Shown: in pieces, positions 46,351 through 55,789 of the stretch | Position numbering within the stretch: the stretch's first letter is position 1 | How the letters are laid out: each line of letters begins with the position of its first letter | Program-made: the position numbers and the translations under genes | Source of the DNA: a bacterium | GTDB taxonomy: Bacteria; Verrucomicrobiota; Verrucomicrobiia; Limisphaerales; UBA11358 | Direction of reading: 5' to 3' | Length of the DNA: 64,000 bases | NCBI GenBank assembly: GCA_021817945.1 | Contig: JAKAFL010000005.1 | Coordinates: 43,387-107,386 of the forward strand | The notes under the pieces: model-generated | The model's database searches: none | The model's input: the letters and a program-made list of their open reading frames with translations, nothing else | What the model was told of the DNA's origin: nothing

Positions 46351-47193
46351 TTAAACCCTGGAGGCATCAATTTCCAGCCTCACCATGCGCACATGCAGGC
46401 GTCCATGGGTATCAGGTGGGTGCGCTTGGATGAAACGCCGGGTGACGGCGGCGATCCAGTCCTCCCGCATTTCTTGGGGGACTCGCTGGACGTAGGGTAT
46501 CCAAGTGGTCCGCAGCCAGGCTGCAAAACCCTCGGTTCCTTGGTAAACCGCATCCTTGGGAGTCAGGCGCACGGACCGGACTTTAAAGCCGTGGCGCGGC
46601 AGCCAATCATGGTATTCAGATGGCGTATGGAAAAAATAGGGGGTTGGCATTTTGCGGAAAAAGTTTCGCCACCGCTCAAGGCGCATCTCCGGGCGCAATG
46701 CCAGAAAAACATCGCGGGCATTGCCCTGCCCCCCGCATGAAATTAATAATCGTCCGCCGGGCCTCAAAATTGAGGCCGCTCCCTCCAAAAAGCGCTCATG
46801 ATCATTCACCCAGTGCAGGGCGGCGTTGGAAAAAACCAAGTCCATGGACCGATCCACGGGAAGCGCATCCCGGGATAAACATCGTGCGTCCAATACTGAA
46901 AAGAAAAGGTTGGGATAAGCCGACCGGTCAAAACGACCCTGTGCAAAGGCGATCATTTCCGGCGAAATATCCGTTCCCAGCACCTTTCCGCTGGGAACGG
47001 CCCGCGCAATTTCCGCCGTGATTTTGCCATCACCACATCCCACATCCAAAACATGTTCATCACCCTGCAGGTTCAAACCAGAGAGAAGGTCGTGAGCCCA
47101 CACCGATTGAACCTCGGAGTGAGCTGCATACCCGGCGGCATCCCAGCGTGGATTGACCGGAGATGAAGCGGGAGGGTAGGATGCGGATTTCAT
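46351..47193 (-). CDS. Class I SAM-dependent methyltransferase (Tam / trans-aconitate methyltransferase-like)
   Basis: WDAAGYAAHSEVQ...VLDVGCGDGKITAEIA...GTDISPEMI. Located between argC and argJ. Confidence 0.75.
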   Translation of the reverse strand: MKSASYPPASSPVNPRWDAAGYAAHSEVQSVWAHDLLSGLNLQGDEHVLDVGCGDGKITAEIARAVPSGKVLGTDISPEMIAFAQGRFDRSAYPNLFFSVLDARCLSRDALPVDRSMDLVFSNAALHWVNDHERFLEGAASILRPGGRLLISCGGQGNARDVFLALRPEMRLERWRNFFRKMPTPYFFHTPSEYHDWLPRHGFKVRSVRLTPKDAVYQGTEGFAAWLRTTWIPYVQRVPQEMREDWIAAVTRRFIQAHPPDTHGRLHVRMVRLEIDASRV

Positions 47194-47243
47194 TGAACTA
47201 TTGTTGTACCCATGAGAATTCTCCCATGGAGGGAACCATCAGG

Positions 47244-48281
47244 TCACACCAGGCCGGCAGTTTCCGGCCAACCGCAGCGGATATTCATGCTTTGGACGGC
47301 CTGCCCGCTTGCCCCTTTGGTCAAGTTATCCTCCGCACTCATCACCACGAGTCTTCCCGTGCGCGGATCCAGACGCCAAGCCAGCTCCAAAATATTCGTG
47401 CTGGAGACATTTTTGGTGTCAGGCAGGGATTTTCCGGAAAGCAGCCGGACAAAAGGTTCATTGCCATAAGCCAACCGGTAAGCCTCCTGGATGGCTTCCG
47501 CATTGCACTGCGGGGTGGGTGCCAGGTAGAGTGTGGTCAATATTCCCCGGTTAATGGGTATTAAATGAGGAGTGAACTGAATGACGACCGGCTGGCCTGC
47601 CGCAAGGGAAAGTTGCTCCTCAATTTCGGAAAGATGGCGGTGTTTGGGCACGCCGTAGGGGCGGACACTTTCATTGCATTCCACAAACAAGTAGTCCAAC
47701 TCCGCCTTGCGGCCTGCCCCGCTCACGCCGCTGAGGCTGTCGGCGATGATTCCAGTGGGCTTTACCAACCCAGCTTTCAAGAGGGGTATCACCGGCACGA
47801 GGATGCTGGTGGGGTAACAGCCAGGTGAGGCAATCAACCGGGCGGATTGGATGCTTGACCGATGGATTTCCGGCAGCCCGTAAACGGATTTTGCCAGCAA
47901 TTCGGGAGCCGGATGCGGATTGCCATAAAATTCCTCATAAACGGCAGCGTTCTTAAGCCGGAAATCTGCACTGAGATCAATCACCGTGGTTCCTGCATCC
48001 AGCAGGGGAAGGGCATATTCAGCAGCCACTCCATGGGGCAGAGCCAAAAACACCACGTCCACCTGCTTGGCTAGCAGGGCGGCGTTTGAATCCACAAACC
48101 GAAGTTGAGGAGAGCGCGGATGGCTGGCAAACCGGGGGAAAACCTGGCCCAAAGTCTGGCCGGCATGCTGGCGCGATGTCACAGCGGCCAATTCCGCATA
48201 CGGGTGGTTGAGCAGCAATCGCACAAGCTCCTCGCCGGAATAACCGGAAGCCCCCACGATCCCGACCTTTTTCTTGTTCAT
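47244..48281 (-). CDS. argC: N-acetyl-gamma-glutamyl-phosphate reductase
   Basis: 345 aa. VGIVGASGYSGEELVRLL, active-site region IASPGCYPTS. Confidence 0.92.
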   Translation of the reverse strand: MNKKKVGIVGASGYSGEELVRLLLNHPYAELAAVTSRQHAGQTLGQVFPRFASHPRSPQLRFVDSNAALLAKQVDVVFLALPHGVAAEYALPLLDAGTTVIDLSADFRLKNAAVYEEFYGNPHPAPELLAKSVYGLPEIHRSSIQSARLIASPGCYPTSILVPVIPLLKAGLVKPTGIIADSLSGVSGAGRKAELDYLFVECNESVRPYGVPKHRHLSEIEEQLSLAAGQPVVIQFTPHLIPINRGILTTLYLAPTPQCNAEAIQEAYRLAYGNEPFVRLLSGKSLPDTKNVSSTNILELAWRLDPRTGRLVVMSAEDNLTKGASGQAVQSMNIRCGWPETAGLV

Positions 48282-48364
48282 TTCATGGAATCCTAAAGGT
48301 GAATGACCCGTTCAGGCCATCTAAAAAATTTGCTGCATGACGTCACCTGCGAGGGTGGCCATGC

Positions 48365-48398
48365 AAAAAAAAGAAACCCGCCGGGGATGCCGGCGGGG
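48365..48398 (-). terminator. Rho-independent terminator after rpsI
   Basis: On the minus strand: cccgccgg-loop-ccggcggg followed by tttctttttttt. Confidence 0.75.
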
Positions 48399-48416
48399 TG
48401 GTAAAAACCGGTTATA

Positions 48417-48818
48417 TCAGCGTTTGCTGAATTGGAAGCGTTTGCGTGCGCCCGGGCGTCCGTATTTCTTGCGCTCGCGTGCACGCGGGTCCCGAGTCAG
48501 CAATCCCTGGGCCTTCAAAGGTGGACGTAGCGTGGCGTCGAACTCAATCAGGGCGCGGGCTAAACCATGGCGCACGGCATCAGCCTGGCCATTCAGGCCC
48601 CCTCCAGCCACGTTGACCCGAACATCAAATTTCTCAACAGCTCCTGCCACGGTCAGGGGCATGGCGGCCACGGAGCGTTGCGTTTCCAATGGGAAATAAT
48701 TTTCGAAGGCGCGTCCGTTCACCGTGAACTTGCCCTGCCCGGTTGCTATCCGTACCCGGGCAACGGCTGTTTTCCGCCGACCCGTTCCAAGAAATTCGTT
48801 TGTTTTGATGGAAGCCAT
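48417..48818 (-). CDS. rpsI: 30S ribosomal protein S9
   Basis: 133 aa ending ...[20 protein letters not shown]. Confidence 0.95.
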   Translation of the reverse strand: MASIKTNEFLGTGRRKTAVARVRIATGQGKFTVNGRAFENYFPLETQRSVAAMPLTVAGAVEKFDVRVNVAGGGLNGQADAVRHGLARALIEFDATLRPPLKAQGLLTRDPRARERKKYGRPGARKRFQFSKR

Positions 48819-48826
48819 AATTAAAA

Positions 48827-49261
48827 TCAGTTTGCCGGTTTCAGCGCGGAGGGATTTTGGGCGGCGTGGTCATGGCTGGGGCCCTTGAACACTTTCAGCT
48901 TGGTCAATAACACCCGTCCCAGCCGGTTTTTAGGGATCATCCCCTTGACCGCATGTTCAATCAAACGCTCGGGCTGACGGGCCCGAACCTGCTCCACTGT
49001 GGCGTATTTTTCGCCGCCTTTCCAGCCGGAATACGTCATGTATTCCTTGGCGGTTTCCTTTTTCCCGGTCACGCGGACCTTCTCCGCATTGACCACAATG
49101 ACAAAGTCCCCGGCATCCAGATGCGGCGTGTAAACAGCTTTGTTTTTCCCGCGCAACAGGTCGGCCACCTGCACGGCCAAACGGCCCAAGACCGCGCCAT
49201 CAGCATCAATGACATGCCACTTACGCTGATCCAAATTCACTTTAGGCAAATGCGTTTTCAT
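48827..49261 (-). CDS. rplM: 50S ribosomal protein L13
   Basis: 144 aa. [16 protein letters not shown]...[12 protein letters not shown]. Confidence 0.95.
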   Translation of the reverse strand: MKTHLPKVNLDQRKWHVIDADGAVLGRLAVQVADLLRGKNKAVYTPHLDAGDFVIVVNAEKVRVTGKKETAKEYMTYSGWKGGEKYATVEQVRARQPERLIEHAVKGMIPKNRLGRVLLTKLKVFKGPSHDHAAQNPSALKPAN

Positions 49262-49434
49262 TTAAATCTTCTTAAAGAGCTGATGATTCTAACAGCAGAC
49301 CAGGCTTTGTCAACATGTCTTTTTAAGCAAAGACGCTTCCAAAATGTCGTAAAGGTTCCTTGCACTATTCCAAGTATTCGATAGTTTGTGCCTTCCACGA
49401 TGGGAAAAATGGTTCCTGCGTGACCTTTGAATTT

Positions 49435-49992
49435 ATGGCAACAGCAAATGATCTTCGCCGTGGAATGGCGATCAATTACAACGGGGACATATCAGTGGTG
49501 CTGGACATGCAGCACCGCACGCCTGGGAATTTGCGCGCGTTTGTGCAGGCCACCTTGCGCAGCATCCGCACGGGCAAATCCTCCGATGTGCGGTTCAGTT
49601 CGACTGAAAAAATCGAACCCGTGCCCATGCTCACCACCAAGATGGAGTTCAGCTACAAGGACGGAAAGGACTACGTGTTTACAGACCCGGAAACATACGA
49701 AACAGTCACTCTCCCGCCGGAATTGGTGGGGGAAGCCAAGGATTTTCTGGTGGAAAACTCGCTGGTCACCGTTACTTTCGTCGAGGAAAAGGCTGTAAGT
49801 CTGGAGCTTCCATCCAGCGTGGTTTTGACAGTAACCGATGCTCCTGAGGGAATTCGCGGGGATTCTGCAAACAATGTCCAGAAGGCGGTTGTGATGGAGA
49901 CGGGTATTACCGTCCAGGCTCCCCTGTTCATCAAGACTGGTGAAAAAATAAAGATAGATACGCGAACTGGGAAATACATGGAACGCGCCTGA
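49435..49992 (+). CDS. efp: Elongation factor P family protein (non-lysine loop tip, EfpL/YeiP-like features)
   Basis: Start at the internal ATG (MATANDLRRGMAINYNGD...). Three-domain EF-P layout ending KIKIDTRTGKYMERA. The loop reads HRTPGNLRAF where canonical EF-P has KPGKGQAF. Confidence 0.85.
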   Translation: MATANDLRRGMAINYNGDISVVLDMQHRTPGNLRAFVQATLRSIRTGKSSDVRFSSTEKIEPVPMLTTKMEFSYKDGKDYVFTDPETYETVTLPPELVGEAKDFLVENSLVTVTFVEEKAVSLELPSSVVLTVTDAPEGIRGDSANNVQKAVVMETGITVQAPLFIKTGEKIKIDTRTGKYMERA

Positions 49993-50033
49993 AAGCCCCA
50001 CCTCCCCAATGGGAGATTCCGCTCCTAGTTTTC

Positions 50034-50080
50034 AAGCCCGCCTGGCCCGTTTCATGGCGGGCTTCTTTATTGGCTTTTTT
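50034..50080 (+). terminator. Rho-independent terminator after efp
   Basis: aagcccgcc-(13-nt loop)-ggcgggctt followed by ctttattggctttttt. Confidence 0.7.
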
Positions 50081-50334
50081 AAATTTTGGGAGAAGTGAGG
50101 CTAAGCGCTGGCGACAACTTTTCTAGACCCACTCTCGATATTCAAAAAGGCGGGTTTCTGAAGGGAGCAAAAAGGGAGCCATCCGCCTCTGATAGTGGGT
50201 GAAACATCTCAAATCTCACCGCACCTTGGTCTATGACGGGCCCAATGGGAGCAAGTTTTTGAAGATTCCCAGCCCGGTTCCGTCCAGATTTTGATTTGAA
50301 ACGACATTTTTTCCAGATTTGGAACGCGGGCGAT

Positions 50335-50510
50335 GGTTTAAACCCGAAAAGCGAAATTGAAAAGGTCAAGATGTGGCAAGATGCTGGAGCGGAAACTCTT
50401 CGGAAAAATCGAAACCATATCCGAAGCGGTCTGGTGAGGTTTTTCCAAAGAGTTTGCGCGCAGGAGATTGACGCAGATTGGCCTTTTGAATTTCGTTTTT
50501 CGGGTTAAAT
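50335..50510. repeat. Palindromic intergenic repeat, copy 2 (same arms as 21376-21472, ~108-nt interior)
   Basis: The left arm ggtttaaacccgaaaagcgaaattgaaaaggtcaa (50335-50369) pairs with the right arm ttggccttttgaatttcgtttttcgggttaaa (50478-50509). The right arm differs from copy 1 at only 2 of about 30 nt. Confidence 0.7.
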
Positions 50511-50731
50511 ACTTATTCATTGCCAAAGCAAAGGTCGGCACCCATAATTTTTTGACGCATTTGGCTGGCAAAAATTGAAACGTAACCCCTAGAGCCCTCT
50601 TGGCCAGATAAATGCTGAACAAAAGCAGCCAATTTGCACTCCAATCTTGGGCACGGCACAACGGGTAACGATGGCCTGTCAGAAAATTGAGGAACCATAA
50701 AGATGGCGTCAAGCGGCATAAAAATTTAATT

Positions 50732-52408
50732 ATGAATGGTTTAACTAAAAAAATCGCCATATTTGTAGTGGTAATGGCGGCGGTTGCCGCCTTTGGCTGG
50801 ATTGGTCGAAAGGCGTGGAAACACTACACCGAGCGTAATTTGATTGCGCAAGCCCAGAAGGATTTTGCCAATAAAGACCTGAAAGGAGCTGATTTGTGTT
50901 TGCGGCGGGTTATGCAGATCAATCCCATGAGTGTGCAGGGAAGTAGAATGATTGCCAATCTGCTGGATGCAGAGGACTCGCCTGCATCCATTTCCTGGCG
51001 GATACGGGTGGTGAAGCTTGAACCGGACAATGTGACCAACCGCTATGCGTGGGTGGACACGGCATTGCACGTCAAAAATCTGCCTTCGGCGTCCGAGGCT
51101 TTGGCAAGTGTGCCTGTGGCGTACAAATCATCCGAGGACTACCATAAGTTGGCGAGTGCGGTGGCATGGAGTAGTGGTCGCCTGGAGGAGGCTCAAAAAG
51201 AGTGCGCCACAGCTTTGCAAATGGATCCTACCAATTGCTCCATTCAATTGAACCTGGCCACCATCCAACTGGCATTCACCAATACCGCCATCAATGAGTT
51301 GGGGAGAGCCGCTTTGAATAAGCTGACCACCGATCCCACTTTGGGCATGCTGGCTCTCCATCATCTTCAGGCAGATGCCGTGGAACACAAGCATTATGAG
51401 AAGGCTTTGGGGTATTCCAGCCGCATCGTCAGCAGACCTGAAGCCACCTATGGCGACCGTGTGGAGCACCTTCAACTTCTCCGAACCACGAAAAGCGCGG
51501 ATGCAGATGCATGGCTGGCCAACTTGGAAAAGACCGCCCAATTTGAGCCTGCGAATGCCTACGCCCTGGCACGCTGGATGATTCTTGCCCAAAGCCCCGG
51601 CTATGCCTACCAATGGTTGTGCACGTTGCCCCCCAACACCCAGACCAACCTGGCAATCGAATTAATCAAAACGGACTGCCAGATTGGAATGAAAGACTGG
51701 AACGGACTGCTGGCCGCGGTGAATAGCCAGGATTGGGGCGCCCAGAAATCCTTTTACAGGCAGGCTTTGATCGCCCTGGCCCAACGATCCCTCGGACAGG
51801 ACGCGCAATCCCAGGCATCATGGCAGCGGGCACTGCACCTGGCCTCTGAGGAGCCCCAAAATCTGGCCTTGCTATCCCAAGTTACCGCAATGTGGGGATG
51901 GTTTCCTGAGCGGGTCCAAACCCTGCAGGAAGTCATGGACAGGTATCCCGACCAAACGTGGGCCCCGCAACAGTTGACAGCCCAACTTTATTCCCAAGGC
52001 AATACCCAGGCTTTGGTGGATTTACTCACCAAAATGCAATCAGCCAATCCAGCGGATCCCCGCTTGAAAAACAATCTCGCCAATGTCCTGCTTTTGCGCC
52101 GTTCTGACTTGGAAAAGGCATGCCGCCTTGCCAGTGAAGCCTACCTGAGCGCCACCAACAACCCATTCTTTATTTCCACCTATGCTTTTTCCCTGCTGGT
52201 TGAGCAAAAACCCGACCAAGCCCAGAAAATTATTGCCACCATGAACCCGGAGTTTCTCAAAATCCCTTCAGTGGCCGCTTATTATGGTGTGATCGAGGCA
52301 AATACAGGCCACACACAACTTGCCAGGGAACCTCTCAACCGCGCTGCGAAAGCCGGCTTGCTGCCTGAGGAGAAAGCCATGGTGCAAAACGCCATCGCTC
52401 ATTTGTAA
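50732..52408 (+). CDS. Membrane-anchored tetratricopeptide (TPR) repeat protein
   Basis: N-terminal TM (IAIFVVVMAAVAAFGWI) followed by many TPR-like helical pairs. Start at the internal ATG (MNGLTKK). Confidence 0.7.
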   Translation: MNGLTKKIAIFVVVMAAVAAFGWIGRKAWKHYTERNLIAQAQKDFANKDLKGADLCLRRVMQINPMSVQGSRMIANLLDAEDSPASISWRIRVVKLEPDNVTNRYAWVDTALHVKNLPSASEALASVPVAYKSSEDYHKLASAVAWSSGRLEEAQKECATALQMDPTNCSIQLNLATIQLAFTNTAINELGRAALNKLTTDPTLGMLALHHLQADAVEHKHYEKALGYSSRIVSRPEATYGDRVEHLQLLRTTKSADADAWLANLEKTAQFEPANAYALARWMILAQSPGYAYQWLCTLPPNTQTNLAIELIKTDCQIGMKDWNGLLAAVNSQDWGAQKSFYRQALIALAQRSLGQDAQSQASWQRALHLASEEPQNLALLSQVTAMWGWFPERVQTLQEVMDRYPDQTWAPQQLTAQLYSQGNTQALVDLLTKMQSANPADPRLKNNLANVLLLRRSDLEKACRLASEAYLSATNNPFFISTYAFSLLVEQKPDQAQKIIATMNPEFLKIPSVAAYYGVIEANTGHTQLAREPLNRAAKAGLLPEEKAMVQNAIAHL

Positions 52409-52513
52409 ATTCCACCCCGAGGCAGCCCCAAAAACATCCAAAGAAGCATCGTTTCGCAATCGTTTCCAAGTTGACACACAATCGTAAAATACCGCCGCCA
52501 TGCTTTACGGGCT

Positions 52514-53371
52514 GTGACCTTTGGTCAACACCTCATATTGCAGGAGTTCATGATTGCTCCGGCGGCCGAACACCAACCCTCGTTTGAAGGATGGTTGGTG
52601 GCTCGGGTTGCGGGAGGGTCTGGGTATTGGCTGGTTCACGACAGTCCCACGGTGCTTTTGAGCAAGGGTGATGTCCTGGTGGTGGCAGATGACGTGACAG
52701 GTTTGTTGCGGGCAAGTCAGTTGGAAACCTTCAAACTTCAATATTTTACGGTCCAGCCCCATGACCTGGAAGGTCTTCTTACGGTAGTCGAATGGCATCG
52801 AATTGAAGTTGCCCGCCGGAAACCCTGGGTTCCCGTCCGTTTTTTCCGCGCGTCTGATCCAATCGGTCAGAAATTCACACGCATATCAGGGCTTTTGCAC
52901 ACTGAGCAGTTGCCTTTGAGATGCGCCTTATTGCAATTATGGGCGGCGGCAACGGCGGATTTCACCGGAGAAGATAATTCATCGCCCGGGGACGGACACA
53001 AGCTAAGGCACCGATTCTGGCAACTACTGAGCCGGATGACGCGGATGGAATTTTGCTTTTCCGCGGCGCCGGAACTAGCGACCCGGATCAATTGCAGTGA
53101 GCGGCATTTGCGGGGTCTTTTCCGAAAGGAATTTGGAGTTTCCCTGCATGCCTACCAGTCTGCCTTGCGGATTCAATTGGCGGGATTCTCGACGCCGCTT
53201 GAGGCACCAACCCCGTTGCGGGCTTCCGGCGGGGATGTTTCGGGCTTGGAAAAGTCACTCCATCTTGATGAATCGGCCTCGTGTTTGAATCCGCTGCCCG
53301 CATCCGCAGGGCGCAAAAGGCTGGCCCAGGAAACCCAGCCGCGCAGCCACCGCCGACGACAGAAAAAGTAA
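52514..53371 (+). CDS. AraC-like regulator with apparently degenerate C-terminal HTH
   Basis: The first AraC helix-turn-helix is recognisable (ELATRINCSERHLRGLFRKEFGVSLHAYQSALRIQLA). The expected second HTH is replaced by a low-complexity basic tail. GTG start. Confidence 0.4.
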   Translation: MTFGQHLILQEFMIAPAAEHQPSFEGWLVARVAGGSGYWLVHDSPTVLLSKGDVLVVADDVTGLLRASQLETFKLQYFTVQPHDLEGLLTVVEWHRIEVARRKPWVPVRFFRASDPIGQKFTRISGLLHTEQLPLRCALLQLWAAATADFTGEDNSSPGDGHKLRHRFWQLLSRMTRMEFCFSAAPELATRINCSERHLRGLFRKEFGVSLHAYQSALRIQLAGFSTPLEAPTPLRASGGDVSGLEKSLHLDESASCLNPLPASAGRKRLAQETQPRSHRRRQKK

Positions 53372-53438
53372 GACAATTGGAATCCATCTTCCCGCGGGAT
53401 GATGGAATCAAAGAACCATTTATTCATTTAAAAAAGAT

Positions 53439-54257
53439 ATGATTACAGGATTACTGCATCCCATGTTGGCCGACGGCGCGCTGCAATTTGCCATTGAAAA
53501 AGCCACGCCCGAGGGAAAAACAACCATCGCCGTGCTGCTTCTGCTCTCGATGTTCAGTTGGACCATCATTATTTCCAAAGTGAGGCAACTGGTCATAGCG
53601 AGGCGGGCCGCCCGGCGCTTTTTCGAGGCTTACAGCTCCACACGCGACCCCCTGGACATTCATCGAAAAGGGGAAATATTTGAAGGCGCCCCGGCATTTC
53701 ATGTTTACCAACGTGCTGCGGAGGAAGTGGCGTATCATTTGAAGAACAACCCGGTCACGGTCAAAGCCTTTACGGCCACGAGTCTGGGCGAAGGCAACAC
53801 CGATCACCTGGCGCGCGCCAATCAAACCAAGATCAGCGGTGCCTCGTTTGCAGCGGTCAAGGTGGTCATGGAAGAGGCTGCCGCCGCAGAGGCCATGGGG
53901 TTGGAGAAGGGCATGATTGTTCTTTCCACAGCAGTGGCTGGTGGACCGTTCATAGGCTTGCTTGGGACAGTCTGGGGCGTGATGTCCACTTTTGCGGGGA
54001 TCGCGGTGGCGCAGCAGGCCAGTTTGACGGCCATGGCTCCCGGTGTGGCAGCGGCCTTGGTGGCTACCGTCACGGGCCTTCTGGTCGCCATTCCAGCCAT
54101 GTTTGGCTACAATTTCATGGTCACCACCATCCGTCATATCACCCAGGAATTGGATGGTTTCGCCAGCCGCTATGCCAACCAGATTGAGCATGCTTACGTG
54201 GATAATCGCGATATCGAGGACCGTATTGCGGATGCACTGAAACGACCGAACCCATGA
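53439..54257 (+). CDS. MotA/TolQ/ExbB proton-channel family protein
   Basis: 272 aa, three TMs. Conserved C-terminal region LSTAVAGGPFIGLLGTVWGVMSTF...MAPGVAAALVATVTGLLVAIPA. Confidence 0.88.
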   Translation: MITGLLHPMLADGALQFAIEKATPEGKTTIAVLLLLSMFSWTIIISKVRQLVIARRAARRFFEAYSSTRDPLDIHRKGEIFEGAPAFHVYQRAAEEVAYHLKNNPVTVKAFTATSLGEGNTDHLARANQTKISGASFAAVKVVMEEAAAAEAMGLEKGMIVLSTAVAGGPFIGLLGTVWGVMSTFAGIAVAQQASLTAMAPGVAAALVATVTGLLVAIPAMFGYNFMVTTIRHITQELDGFASRYANQIEHAYVDNRDIEDRIADALKRPNP

Positions 54258-54661
54258 AAAAGTGTTCGCACTCCGCTCATGAATCGCTGACGGAACTGAA
54301 CATCACCCCGCTGCTGGATTTGGCGTTTGTGTTGCTGGTGATTTTCATCATTACCACCATTCCGCCCGTAAAAGACACGGATCTAAAATTGCCCACCGCG
54401 TCCAAGCATGAAAAGGATCCGCCGCGCAAGGCCAATTATATTTCCCTGGACTCACAAGGGCATCTTTTCCTGAACACCAAACAGATTCGACTGGATGAGC
54501 TGCTTCAGGACCTGCTCAGCCTTCGTGAAGATGATCCGGATTTGAATGTGATTGTGCGCGGGGACGCCAAGACGCATTACAAGGATATCCGGGCCGTGCT
54601 GGACCTGTGCCAGCAGGCCAATATTGTAAAAGTGGACCTTGCCACGGAGGTGGCCAAATGA
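54254..54661 (+). CDS. ExbD/TolR biopolymer transport protein
   Basis: LTELNITPLLDLAFVLLVIFIIT plus a periplasmic domain. Overlaps its neighbours by 4 nt on both sides. Confidence 0.88.
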   Translation: MKKCSHSAHESLTELNITPLLDLAFVLLVIFIITTIPPVKDTDLKLPTASKHEKDPPRKANYISLDSQGHLFLNTKQIRLDELLQDLLSLREDDPDLNVIVRGDAKTHYKDIRAVLDLCQQANIVKVDLATEVAK

Positions 54662-55326
54662 TCCCCCAGTCCCAACCCAAGGCAAAAAGAAATTCGTCCA
54701 AGGTCAACCTGACCATTTCTTTCATCTTCCACGCCTTGCTGGTGGCGGTGATGATTTATTTTGCCGCCCGGGAGGGTTATTTGGGCAAAAAACTCCAAAA
54801 AATTTCGGTTCAAATGGTCAAGGAAAAGCCGCCGGTCAAGCCCAAGGAACCGCCCAAGACACCACCACCACCCAAGATGGAACCGCCCAAGGTGGTTGAG
54901 GCCCCAAAAATGGAGGCTCCCAAGTCAGCCCCGCCACCGCCATCGGCTGCCCCTCCAGTGGTGGCTCCGCCCCCGGCTGAACTTCCCTCCTTCGAATTCG
55001 GCGGCGGCAAACAGGTCAATTCTGAAAGCGACCCCGTTCAACTTTACAAGGGCTACATGGAATATGTGCTGCGGGACCAATGGAATCGTCCTGAGGACAT
55101 GGATGATGCCACCTACGCGGCCGAAGTTCAGGTGCATGTGGATCGTCAGGGCAACCTCTTTGGAATTTCTTGGGAAAAAGGTTCCGGCAACAAGGTTTGG
55201 GACCAGTCCGTGCGCCAGGTCTTTGACAAGGTTAAATCCATTGACCGTCCGCCTCCCACTAATTTTCCGCCCCTGGTCACCATCCGGTTTGATACTGAGG
55301 AAGAATCTGAGCCTGCCCTTCAATGA
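54658..55326 (+). CDS. TonB-like energy transducer
   Basis: N-terminal TM, a Pro/Lys-rich spacer (KPPVKPKEPPKTPPPPKMEPPKVVEAPK...) and a C-terminal TonB-type domain. ATG at 54658 overlaps the ExbD stop (ATGA). Confidence 0.8.
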   Translation: MIPQSQPKAKRNSSKVNLTISFIFHALLVAVMIYFAAREGYLGKKLQKISVQMVKEKPPVKPKEPPKTPPPPKMEPPKVVEAPKMEAPKSAPPPPSAAPPVVAPPPAELPSFEFGGGKQVNSESDPVQLYKGYMEYVLRDQWNRPEDMDDATYAAEVQVHVDRQGNLFGISWEKGSGNKVWDQSVRQVFDKVKSIDRPPPTNFPPLVTIRFDTEEESEPALQ

Positions 55327-55724
55327 AAAAAACCTCTTCGCGCCGTCATGGCACCATGGCAGAATTGAATATCACTCCACTCTTGGACCTGGTGTTTGTT
55401 TTGCTGGTGATTTTCATCATTACCACCCCGCAGTTGATGAATAACCTGGAGTTAAACCTCCCCTCAGGCAAGGCGCCTCCCGCCAAACCCCACCAACCGT
55501 CCGTCCATCATATTATACTGAATGCCCAAGGGGTGGTTTTTCTCGATTCAAAGACCGTCTCCGTTTCCCAGCTCAAAACAGACCTGGCCCGCGACAAGGA
55601 GGCTGATCCTGAAATGGGCGTGGTGGTGAAAGGCGATGATCTGGTGGATTACCAACACATGGTTTCAGTTCTGGACGTGCTTCAGGAACTCGATATTCAA
55701 AAGGTTGGAATGGCCACACAGTAA
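55323..55724 (+). CDS. ExbD/TolR biopolymer transport protein (second copy)
   Basis: MAELNITPLLDLVFVLLVIFIITTP.... Paralogous to the gene at 54254-54661. Confidence 0.88.
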   Translation: MKKTSSRRHGTMAELNITPLLDLVFVLLVIFIITTPQLMNNLELNLPSGKAPPAKPHQPSVHHIILNAQGVVFLDSKTVSVSQLKTDLARDKEADPEMGVVVKGDDLVDYQHMVSVLDVLQELDIQKVGMATQ

Positions 55725-55789
55725 GCCAGTTCAATCCAGCGTGAACCCACGCCATGAGATCCAGCCGGATGCCTGAAGCCGGCAAATAC

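Noticed and set aside
50335-50510. 6S RNA (ssrS) assignment for the 176-nt hairpin element
   Set aside because: The length and closing stem are suggestive. However, the arms are shared with a much shorter hairpin at 21376-21472, I cannot identify the 6S central bubble or conserved residues by eye, and the usual ygfA neighbour is absent.
53097-53288. Alternative-frame ORF that might restore the second AraC HTH by frameshift
   Set aside because: Its translation (…RDSRRRLRHQPRCGLPAGMFRAWKSH…) does not resemble the AraC C-terminal helix-turn-helix, so it gives no support for a simple frameshift.
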